Assembly (NCBI RefSeq): GCF_009914755.1
Contig: NC_060935.1
From: the human T2T-CHM13v2.0 reference genome, Homo sapiens
Strand: one strand, 5' to 3'
Length of the DNA stretch: 64,000 nt
Notes under the pieces: generated by a model
Database searches by the model: none
Seen by the model: only the letters and a program-made list of their open reading frames with translations
What the model was told of the DNA's origin: nothing
Position numbers and translations under genes: made by a program
Shown: positions 53,176-64,000 of the stretch, in pieces
How positions within the stretch are numbered: position 1 is the first letter of the stretch
Layout: each line of letters begins with the position of its first letter

Positions 53176-53464
53176 CTACCTTACCCATGTAAGATGTGAT
53201 TTCACTGGGTAATACAGCCTCACAGCACTCTACAGTTTCTAATGAGCTTTAGTTTATTTCCTGTTCATTATTTCAATGGTCCTAATAGCATTATCTTTCT
53301 CTTTGGATGACAAAACTCAGAAAGGGGAAGCAACTCACTCAAAGTCACACACGTTCAAGTGGCATGGCTACAGTTTGATCCAGGCTTGGCTCCCTCCAAG
53401 CTGGTGCTCATTCAACTTGGTAAGATTTGTGCCTGGAACCCACGACACGCATCCTACTTGTTGG

Positions 53465-53990
53465 TGAAATATTAAATTTTATCCCCTTAAGATTGGGAAC
53501 AAAACAAGAATGTCTCCTTTAGCCACTTCTACTTAGCGTGGTACCAGGGGTCCTAGCCAATGCAATAAGGCAAGAAAAATAAGTAAATGGCATACATATC
53601 AGAAAGGAAGAAGGAAAAGTGCATTTACTCACAGAGAATGTGATGGTCCATATACAAAATCTCAGAAAACTGCAAAAAAGCTATAAGACAAGGATAAATG
53701 TCAACATACAAAATCAATCATATTTATACTAGCAATGAACAGGTAGAAATTGAAATAAAAATATTATTTACAAACATACCAAAACCACGAAATACTTAAG
53801 GATAAATTTCACAAAATATGTACAACTTCTATCCATTGAAGACTGCAAAATATTGCTGAGGAAAATTAAAGATGAAATAAATATAGAGAGGTAGTATTTT
53901 ATTTACAAGGCACTTTAAGTGAAAATTCCATCAGGCTGTTTTTCTGGCACAAGCTGTCAAACTGATTATAAATGCATATGGCAAAGCACA
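53465..53990 (+). mobile_element. Old L1M ORF2 fragment
   Basis: ctagccaatgcaataaggcaagaaaa...tcaacatacaaaatcaa. Confidence 0.75.
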
Positions 53991-54196
53991 TACAGTGAGT
54001 TGTGGAGCCCTGCTAACCACAGTGTAATCCAGCCTATCCTGCCTGATATGGCATTAATTGCTTATGATTGATGACAGCCGCTGTTTTGTAAGCACTGTTT
54101 GTAAACCAAGGACTTGTGTTTTTACAAAATTATGAAGAGATAGATATTCATTTCTCCACTTTACAGGTGAGGAAACAAGACCTATAGGGCTTCTAT

Positions 54197-54528
54197 CAGC
54201 AGTCCCCAACCTTCTTGGCACCAGTGACTGGTTTCATGGAAGACAATTTTTCCACCAACAGGGTCAGTGGGGACATGGGGGATGGTTTCAGGATGAAACT
54301 GTTTCATCTCAGATTATCAGGCATTAGATTCTCATAAGGAGTATGCAGCATAGATCCCTCGCATGCATAGTTCACAAGAGGGTTTGCACTTCTCTGAGAA
54401 TCTAATGTTCCCACTGATCTGACAGGAGGCAGATCTCAGGTGGTAATACTCGCCTCCTGCTGTGTGGCCCAGTTCCTAACAGGCCATGGACTGCTACTGG
54501 TCCACAGCCTGGCGGTTGAATACCCCTG
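54197..54528. mobile_element. MER1B DNA transposon inserted in a MIR
   Basis: cagcagtccccaacc...tacccctg, flanked by MIR core (ttacaggtgaggaaac before, taacttg after). Confidence 0.8.
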
Positions 54529-54737
54529 GGTTATATAACTTGACATCTGATGAGACCCGGCTATGAGACCTGGACCTGAGTCAGTTTAAGGCCTGAGGAT
54601 GTTGCTCTTAAAACCATGACCACTTTAGAAAACCCCTGGCAGACACAGCCTAACTCCTGAGTATCCTCCAAAGCATTTATGTATCTTCCCTGAGTTCACA
54701 GAAGTGCTCAGCAAATGCTTACGACCACCTAACTGGT

Positions 54738-55071
54738 CAAGGCACAGTTTGGTTTTATACATTTAGGGAGACATGAGACATCAATCAATATATGTAAGAA
54801 GTACATTGGTTTGGTCTGGAAAAGTGGGACAACTTGAAGCAAAGGCAGGAAGACTCGAAGGGAGAGAGCTTCCAGGTCACAGATAGGTGATACACAAACA
54901 GTTACATTCTTCTGAGTTTCTGATTAGCCTCTCCAAAGGAGGCAAATCAGATATGCAATTCAGTGAGCAGAGGAGTGACTTTGACTGGAATGGGAGGCAG
55001 GTTTGCCCTCAGCAGTTTCCAGCTTGAGTTTTCCTTAGTGATTTTGGGGGCCCAAGATATTTTCCTTTCAC
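54738..55071 (-). mobile_element. MER4A-type LTR, truncated
   Basis: ttggttttatacatttagggagacatgagacatcaatcaa...atattttcctttcaca; one end is missing. Confidence 0.8.
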
Positions 55072-55520
55072 AGCTCCCAAACCACTCCTCTTATATTAAC
55101 ACTTATTATGGTTGTCCCCAGTAACACCAATTTAGTTAAATACAAAATGCATTAAAAGTAGACTCTCTGAAGCAATAGAAAAGCCTCCAAAGGGGTATAG
55201 AAAATCTGATGGAGAATCACTGAAATTAAACAATATCAGGTCCTAGGAGGTGTCCTGGCCTGTGTGTGAGAAAACGTGGTACAGTTGTAGCCCTTGTTCT
55301 GACTATTCCACTAGATAAATTTGAGCAAGTCAGCTACAGTCTCCTGATTTGTAGGATGGAGGGGCTGGACAAGCTGGCTGTGCCACCCCCACTTACTGAA
55401 TGCACTAACCATGGCTCAAAGAGATTAAGTGACCAAGTCCACTCACTGGCTGAGTTGAACGAGGACAGGAGCCCAGGAAGATCTCTTTTTGCCTATTACT
55501 TTATCTACTGCACCTACATC

Positions 55521-56082
55521 TGTTAGAAATGCAAAATGCTTATTCTTCAGTGCTGCAAAGAAATAGCACTTGAACATAAATTTAATTCTCTCAGCAAGGC
55601 CATTTTTACTTTCTGCAGAAAGGGTGCCCATCACAAATGGAACAATGGTGAGAGCACACCTGAACAAAGGAAAACAGACATATTTATCCCTTACGCATTT
55701 TGGTCCTCCTTACTGCTATGTCTTGCATCCATTGGCTGGAGCTGGACCTCACAGTCTTAAACTGACACCTGATTTACTAATAACCTAAAACTTTCCTAAA
55801 TAGGTAAGTGCAAGGGAGAACAAAGAAGGAGAGGAAGTTGCTTATGAAAAGTTTAAGGAAGCAATAACATTTCCAAGTAAGGAAGGGGCATAAGCTATGA
55901 GCTAAGTCTTGCCTGGGCTTGTCCAGACATGCCTGAATAAGCCAAAGCGACTAACTGGGCTAAAGTGTAAGAACTAACAGTTGATAGGAGGCTTTAGAGT
56001 AAGGAGCTATTATTCCTAGTGTCTATTATTTTATTTTTAAACCAAGATGAACTTTGAAGAGGAACTTATTCTACTTTCTACA
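55521..56082 (-). mobile_element. LTR10 (B/D/E-like) solo LTR with a p53 element
   Basis: TG...CA ends, a perfect 5-bp TSD ACATC, and R/U5 homologous to the two neighbouring LTR10s. Confidence 0.85.
55905..55934. promoter_or_regulatory. p53 response element
   Basis: GGGCTTGTCC AGACATGCCT forms two perfect RRRCWWGYYY half-sites with no spacer, preceded by AGTCTTGCCT (9/10 match). Confidence 0.8.
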
Positions 56083-56373
56083 ACATCTCTCTGAGATTCC
56101 AAGTCCAGTTGCCAGAGCTCTGAGATTCTAAGCCCAGCCTCTTCAATGCTACAAGCTTTACATATGACCTTTCCCCAAAACCCCTGACCCACTTCAAGAT
56201 TGGTAAGTCACTCCATAGTCTTTCTAGAAGGTCTGGTGGCTGGATAGCCTCTCATTTCCTTGACTGGCATTACTCAGCCCCAGAGAGCTCAGAACGATCC
56301 TGGGCAGGACAATTGCTGGTGTTTAGTAGACTCTGAGTTTGCACTTCTCAGCAGATGGCTTTTCATGTCCACG

Positions 56374-56945
56374 TGTTAAATATAGTGAACCCCAAGTTTC
56401 TTTTCAAAGAATCAGTATGGCAGTATGTTTAGCTCTCTTATTCTTTGATTCTCCACTTTAAAGTTTATCTTCCTGGTTCTCCTTGCCCTCTTGCCTCTAG
56501 TTTCAGTTAACAACCTTTTCCACCACTTTTAATCAGTAGTTCACATCTGTTCCCCTGGTCACCTGCTCTGTTCTGACTCATCCCAGTCACCTGCTCTGAC
56601 CTAAGTCACCTTTAGTTACCTGTTCCTAACCGTCCTTCCTGCCAAACTACTCACCCCGCTACTCTGGCTCGTACTCCTGCTCTTTTTAAAATAGCCAATT
56701 GGAATTAGCTCAGACTACGCAGTCCAACCCTAACCAATAGGGGAACGACACAGCAGTAGGGGCTACCTGTGTCAGGAATAAGAACTCCTTCCCCTCTCCT
56801 GTCCAAGTGTGCTCTCGTCATTGTTCCATCTGTGAGGAGCACCCTTTCTGCAGAAAGTAAAAATTGCCTTGCTGATAAAATTAAATTTATGTTCTAGTGC
56901 TATTTCTTTGTGATATCGAGGAACAAGCATTTTGCATTTCTAACA
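56374..56945 (+). mobile_element. LTR10A/F-like solo LTR
   Basis: tgttaaatatagtgaac...aaaatagccaatt...ccaataggggaacgacacagcag...tttctaaca. Confidence 0.85.
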
Positions 56946-57075
56946 CATATCTGGACATCCCATGTCAAAGTCGAGTTTAGGCAATAAATAAGTTTGTGTA
57001 AAGTCAGACCCAGCACTCCAAAGTGTAGTTACTCCCATTCTTGTGCCCAGCAAGAATTTCCATGAGGGTTCTGCC

Positions 57076-57681
57076 TGTAGGATATAATAAATTCCTCTTC
57101 AAAGGTTTTAGCCTGTAAATTGTTAAGTACAACGAGTTCTGAGATCCTCTCCAAAGAACCAGTGCATCAGTGTGTTCAGCTTCCCTGTTCTTTGTTCTTC
57201 ATTTTAAAATTTAACTTCCTCATTCTCTTTGTCTCCTTGCCCCTAGTTTCAGTAAACAACCCCCTCCTATCCTCTATCCCGTGCTCTGACCTTAGTCGCC
57301 CCTGGTCACCTGCTTCATCCTGAGTCACCCCTGGTCACCTGCTCTGACGTGAGTCATCCTGAGTCACCTGTTCTGTAACTGTCCTTCCTGCCCAATTACT
57401 CACCCCACCACTCTGACTCGTGCCCCGCTCTCTTTAAAATAGCCAATCGGAATTAGCTTAGACAGTGTAGTCCAACCCTAGCCAATAGGGGAATGACACA
57501 GCAGTAGGGGCTGCCTGCATCATGGATAAGAACACCTTCCCCTCCCTTGTTCAGGTGTGCTCTTGCCATTGCTCCATCCGTGAGTCACACCTTTCCATAG
57601 AAGTAAAATTGCCTTGCTGAGAAAATTAAATTTATGTTTGAGTGCTATTTCTTTTTTGGCACCGAAAATTTATTTCTAACA
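57076..57681 (+). mobile_element. LTR10A-like solo LTR with multiple AP-1 motifs
   Basis: Collinear with 56374-56945; TGAGTCA occurs at 57321, 57350, 57360 and 57581. Confidence 0.85.
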
Positions 57682-58389
57682 TGCACATCTGAAAATGAAA
57701 AAAGCCCTAAAACCTTAACTGCTTACCTTTCCTTCAACTTTCTGCCATTTTTCATACCCACAAGAAGCATAAGAGGTCCTTTTTCTTCCTCCCTGTGAGA
57801 ATGTCAGCAAATGGTTAACACAGATTGCTGGTTTAGCAGTAGCCACAGGGAGGGAAAATGTGAGCTATTAATGTTACTTTTTTCTACAGGCAGTGTGAGC
57901 ATTTGAAGCTAATAAACTCTCATCTGCGGGGTCACACACCTCAATATATGTACATATTGCTAATGAGTGTTTGTAAAATAGGCAATAATGGCTCAAAATA
58001 AACTATCTCAGAATGGCTAATAAGTAATAAGCCTCTTGCCTTTAAAATTAATAATAAAAAAGAGGCATATTGTGTGTAGCCTACCCTGGGTGAAAAGGGG
58101 GTGCAACAGAAAATGTGTCCAAGACTCAGCTCTTGTCCTCCCTTTTATTTCTGGCATAGCAGGAAGGCTCGGCCCTATAAAGCACTGGCAAAAGCAAAAT
58201 CTGCAAACACAACACCAGAGAAATTCAGAATTTTAGATCTGGAAAGAACTTCTGCATCCCTTGAACCCCAGCTTGCCTAGTCCTTAGCTCGCAGTGACTT
58301 GCCCAAGATCACTCAACGCAAAGCAGCAAATGCCCACGGGAATCTTCCAGTCTGAGGAAGTTAAGGTTTGGGGGTTTGCCATAGATGTC

Positions 58390-58570
58390 ACTGGCCTGGA
58401 GTTCGGGAGTCCTGCATTTGTCCCTAGCTCTGCTGCTGTGTGACCTTGGATACAACCTTAAACCTCATGGGGCATCATGTTCCTCTGCAAATAGAAGTAG
58501 TGGCACCTCTTCACAGTGTTGCCATGGGGATTACATGAGATCACATAAGTAATAGAATTTTGTAAATATA
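58390..58570. mobile_element. MIR SINE
   Basis: ctagctctgctgctgtgtgaccttgga...cttaaacctc...ggattacatgagat. Confidence 0.6.
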
Positions 58571-60674
58571 AAATTACATTAAATGAGACCCATCAAGCGA
58601 TAAGCTGAGTGAGAAATGCTATATTTTTAAAAGTGATATAGTTACAATGATTATAAAATCTCAGAAAGCCAGTTGTGATCCAAATTAATAAACATCTCCA
58701 TCTTTGCAGCAGAAATAATTGCCTCTGGAGTCATAATAATAACAGGTATTTATTTACACCTTTCCTGGTTACCAAATGCCTTGAATACAGCTGCCTGTGT
58801 TGACTCTCATTGAGGAAAGCAATGGAGACCCAAGGCTAAGGGCAGCCAGCAACACCCCAAGGTCGCCGAGTTAAAGAATGGCAGGGCTGGACTTCCCACG
58901 CTCAGTGAGGACAAAGCCATTTTGCCTCTGGAAAGAAACTGCCTGGTCTGGGCAGCCCAATATCCCAAAGAGGTTGCCTATTATTGACAAAGACTCTTCA
59001 GGACCCAGGACCACTGCTGGGCTGGTTTGAAACATCACACGGAGAGTCTCCAAGGGTGGGACTGAGCACCCAGACGATAGAGCAGCCATATCTCTGGGAG
59101 GCATGGCACTCCCACAGTCTCTGGAGTGGGAGACCCTGCTCAGGGCACCAGGAGGTGAGACTCCACACAGCCGTGTGGTGTCCCTGAACTTAGATCCTCC
59201 TTCTAGCTGTCAACACTTCTTATATACCAGTGCAACGGCATAAACCCCTGAGTCCTTTCCAGTCCCCAATCCCAAATTCCAACAGGACCTGCAACTGAGG
59301 CCCAGCGGTGTTGACTCAGGATGATAGCCAAGCTAGGGAAGAGGTTAGAGCCCCCGGCGAGGAGTCCAGGCCATTTTCCACTGCTGCACTTACCACCCGG
59401 CTGAGACCCCGCCAGGAGCCCAGAAGTGAGCGCCAGCCACAGCTGCTCTCCAGTGGCTTCTGCCCCTCTGCACGGCCCCTTCTTTATAAATGACAGCTAT
59501 TTCCACATCCTGTGCAGGAAGGTGACAACCGAGATGGCCTAATTTTACCTGATTACATAGAAATTCAGTGTTCTGGGGAAGCACCTACATTTTCCTGTGA
59601 TTATCCCTCTGTTCCATCATGATGAGATGACTGTGAACTTGGACATCTCGTCTTGATTTTCTCATGTGTAACTTGGTGAAAAAGTCACATACTTTCTCTT
59701 ATAATATCCTAAAACAGATGGGTAATATAGCCCAGGACTGAGTTAGATTCATTAATTCGGCTAAGTTGAAATAACCTGGCATTGTGACTGCATAATATGG
59801 TCTCAGCCCAGTGATAAAAAAATGGACTTGAAGAGATTCTTCCCCAAGTGTTTCATTTTAATTTCATGTTGATCAAGTTAGTAATTCCGGTCAAAGTGGG
59901 AAGAAGCAAAAAAAAAATACATTTCCTCAGTTCATGGTCAATAATTTTGTCCCCATGTGGACATTAGTGCTCTCTGGCTTCTCACCAGGGGGCTGGAAGG
60001 CTTCCATCTGATAATGGGCTGTAACGGATGGATGGTGGATTTGCACAGCGTGTAGACGGTAATGGATGGATGGCGGATTTGCACAGCGTGTGGTCCCCAG
60101 GGGAGACAGCAGTCTTGTGACTAAGAGGATGGGAGCCTCACAGGGCAGCACAGCTCTCTCAGCTCCTGGAGCGTTTCCGCCTGAAAATAGGCAGCGACTG
60201 TGGTTTATAAACGCCCAGAAGGCAGCGTTTCAGCCATCTCCTCTGTTATTGTGTGAGGAACCAGGCAGAGATTTGTAATGACACGAGGACGGGAAGCGAG
60301 TCGATGGGTCAGGCCTCCTCCCGGGTGCAGAGCACAAGTGTGGGGCCCTTCTTCCCATAAAAGTGGGGAGGTGCCTGCATCGGCCTGAATTTATCATTCT
60401 GTTCATTTCCCAGAAGCATTCATTAACATTAAGCCCTGAGATCGACAGTTAATAATCACTCTAAATAATTCAGATATAATAAATTACAAGCTGTGACTGT
60501 GACCTTAGGTAAATATTAAAACAAACAGCAACAATAACAACCACCACCCAAGGACTGTGCTGTTGCTAGTGAGCCTAGGAAACTGTTTGTCTTTCTCAGG
60601 AGAGTCCATTTATCTGAGGGATAGAATTCAAATGAACTTCAAAAGCATCCAGAGCGTTTGTAAAAGCACGATTG

Positions 60675-60993
<319 letters not shown>

Positions 60994-62504
60994 CTATAAT
61001 CCCTACAACGGTGTTAACATTTACGTTGGCTGGGGGCCCTGCTTCTTCAGGGCCGTGAGGCCATGCTGACAGCAAGGAAGGCAAACTCGGGAAGCCAGTC
61101 CCCCCAGAGTGGAGCCTCCACCCACAACACTCCTCAACAGCGGCCTGGGAGGATCCGCACGCCCCTCTGGTGAGTCAGCACGCAGCTCTGCCTCTTTCGA
61201 GGCCAAGCCCTGCACGTTCTAGCCTCACTGGGATTAAATCTGTATTCACATTTTCGTTTTTTATATTATCTGTTTTCCACTCCTCTCTCCTCTAAAACTT
61301 AAAATCCTATCTCAACTGAAATTAGTGCTTTTTTGGTACAAAACGTTTATCCTCATTCTCCTTCGGTCCATTTTCAAGGATCATATTAATGCAACAATCA
61401 GATAAGAAAGGCCCTTGTAACGCCAAAGCCATTTCAAAGGAGGAAAGAAAACCCTGACCCATTTGGGGTAGGACTAAGAACCAAGTCATTCCTTTTTAAG
61501 ATGTTTAGTTGTGAATAACAGCTGCCCTCCAAGCTTCCTGGCAGGAAGTTGAACAAGAGGAAGAGGGACCAGTTGGCTTAAGACCGACCCCCTGCAGGGG
61601 CCACTAGGCAGCTGCTCCCGGTCCGCACCGCTGCAGAGTGCAGCAGTGGCCCCGTCTGCATCCTGGACCCAGGCCCTCGTGCATAGGCATCGTGCTGGGG
61701 AGGAGGAGGCTGCCTCTGGGTTTCCGGCGCTGCTGGGCAAGGTCAGGCCCAGTCCCTAGAGTCTGCTGGGCTGGCAGGATGGCGGTGGTGGGGGGCACAG
61801 TGCGGCCCCCCTCCATGCTGAGGTGTCCTGAACATATCAAGGAGTGCAGGTGCCGCGCTAGCCACGGGGGCTCAGAGCCCAGGTCCCAGTCTGGCCCCTC
61901 TCCCGGAGCTGGGCGTGGCTGTGGGGCTCTTTGCTGCTACAGACCATAGCCACGCTCGCTGCGAGGGTGCCAGGTGCCACACACCTACGTTTGCTTTGCC
62001 AGCATTTTCCTTCCTTTTGCTTTTCCCATCCCTTTCTTTCTGAGATTAGGAAGGAAAAGGAAGGGAAGGAAACCTAATCGGGTGACTCGAGGAACTAGAT
62101 CTTATTCAGTCATTCCAGGACCATCAAGGCAGGAATTATTATTGCACCGACACATTGCTTATAAGGACAGAACTAAGGCTCAGAGAGATTGAGGAAAGGG
62201 CACAAAGCTGCCCAACAGGCCAGTGAAGGAGCTGGGCTTTGGGCTGAAGGCTCAGTCTCTCTGATATCCACGTGGATTCATTCACGGGTACCTCGGTCCC
62301 CAGAGCGCGGCCTGCAGAGCTGCCTGTTCTTCCCTCCCGGGCCAGCTGGTGCAGGACACTAGGGGATTTTCCAGGCACACAGGCTAAGCACATGTGACAT
62401 TCGTAGTCTTCATTTGAATGCTACCCTCCCTCTGGGACCCATCGTATTCTGGCATTCCAGGCATGGTGCTAAGGTCCAGGGTGTGCTATGGACATAGCTG
62501 AGTG

Positions 62505-63015
62505 CACACACCTGCACTCTGTCTACCTGCATCCCACCTGAGTCCCACCTTTATCATCCTGCCTGAGTCCCACCTGCATCCCACCTGCATCCTACCTGCA
62601 TCCCGCCTACATCCTACCTGCATCCTACCTGCATCCCACCTACATCCTACCTGCATCCCACCTATAGCCTACCTGCATCCCACCTATATCCTACCTGCAT
62701 CCCACCTATAGCCTACCTGCATCCCACCTATATCCTACCTGCATCCCACCTATATCCTACCTGCATCCCACCTATATCCTACCTGCATCCCACCTACATC
62801 CTACCTGCATCCTACCTGAGTCCCACCTGCATCCCACCTGCATCCTATCTGCATCCTACCTGCATCCCACCTACATCCTACCTGCATCCTACCTGCATCC
62901 TACCTGAGTCCCACCTGAGTCCCACCTGCATCCCATCTGAGTCCTAACTGAGTCCCACCTGAGTCCCACCTGCATCCCACCTGCATCCTACCTGAGTCCT
63001 ACTTGCATCCTACCT
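62505..63015. repeat. 12-bp minisatellite (CCTGCATCCYAC with CCTGAGT/CCTATAT variants), about 40 units
   Basis: Seen directly. Confidence 0.93.
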
Positions 63016-64000
63016 GTGGCTCTGTGCTGGGCTGTAGGACGCCATCTTGGCATAGCAGTGCATGGCTCTGGGTAGAGCATGAGGGATGCCCACCTCTGGT
63101 TCTCTCCTAGGATGCACACCGACCTCACCAGTCACATGGACCTTGCCAATCACACCAGTCACGCCAACTCCCTACAGACACCTCTGCCTGGCTTGCATCT
63201 CGTAAGAGCTAAATCAAGAGCAAGATCTCAACGGTGCCTAAAGACTGGCAGTGCCCACTCAAGAGAAACCTCTGTGAGTCCCAACCCACACTGTGCAGTC
63301 CTGGGTGACAGTGCCGAGGAGCTGTGGCCCTTGTCTTGTGTGTGGGGCTCTGAGGAGCTGTGGCTTTCATGGTAGCATCGGTGTGATGCCCATCAATGCC
63401 TTGAGATGTTGTCCCCTCCTGTGCCAGGCAAGGTGGTGCCCATTAGGAACCAGATACCCTGTGTCCAGCTCGTGGGAGTGTGGGTGGCTGAGGCCCACAG
63501 GGAGCCTCTGTGCAGTGCCTGGGGTGGCCCTGCAGGGGAGCCCTGCCCAGGTACCACTGGGTCTGGGGGCACAAGCCCCACACCTTTGCCTCAGTGGGGT
63601 TGCTCTGAAGTGCCTGCTCAGTCCTGAGCCCCCATGGGAGCTGTCAGGACCACTTGCAGGTACTGTCTTCCTCCCCAGGAGGGGTTCCCCAGAGCCTGCC
63701 CCATAGCCTCTTCCTCAGAGTCTTTTTCCAGGAAACCCAAGCATAACAGTTCCAATCAAACCTCATTTATGTGGTCAACCTCTCAGCCCTTCCTGTCCCT
63801 TCCACAGCCAGAAAAAGGAGAGGGTGATGGAGAGGCGGGGAGAGTGAGCTGCAGAATGGAGACCCTTCTCACCTGCAGGGGGAATGACAACCTCAGCTCA
63901 CCAGCTGCCCCCTAAGCTCGGACGATGAGAAACATGGGCTAGGCACAGGTACATGGCTGCAGGCCACACTCACGGCCCAGATAGGCAAAAGTGTATAAGG

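Noticed and set aside
58032-58067. Short inverted repeat gcctctt...aagaggc
   Set aside because: A 7-bp stem with a large loop is too weak for a miRNA or structured-RNA call.
60024-60091. 28-bp direct repeat ggatggatggyggatttgcacagcgtgt x2
   Set aside because: It is an ordinary local duplication with no evident function.

Overview
Primate, almost certainly human, genomic DNA from chr11p15.4. Two intact Mas-related GPCR genes with intronless CDSs lie on the minus strand: MRGPRG (CDS 22916-23785, 289 aa) and MRGPRE (CDS 32831-33769, 312 aa). MRGPRE has a probable non-coding exon 1 near 37.1-37.4 kb and a poly(A) signal at 30025. The antisense locus MRGPRG-AS1/C11orf36 (158-codon ORF at 26684-27160) appears to take its poly(A) signal from a MaLR LTR. 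Positions 1-38 kb are mostly GC-rich with many minisatellites. From about 38.4 kb the DNA becomes AT-rich and dense in transposable elements. It includes a ~10 kb two-LTR MER4-family provirus (42104-52052, minus) with nested insertions and ERVL-like gag/pro/pol remnants, and a cluster of three LTR10 solo LTRs carrying a consensus p53 element and several AP-1 motifs. Almost all other ORFs in the track are artefacts of repeats or high GC. I found no convincing novel multi-gene system. The best leads are the CpG-generating Pro/Ser codons in MRGPRG, the chimeric provirus, the LTR10 cluster and a young truncated AluYa5. Repeat subfamily names and gene identities come from my recall of consensus sequences, not from a database search. 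Boundaries of old repeats are approximate.
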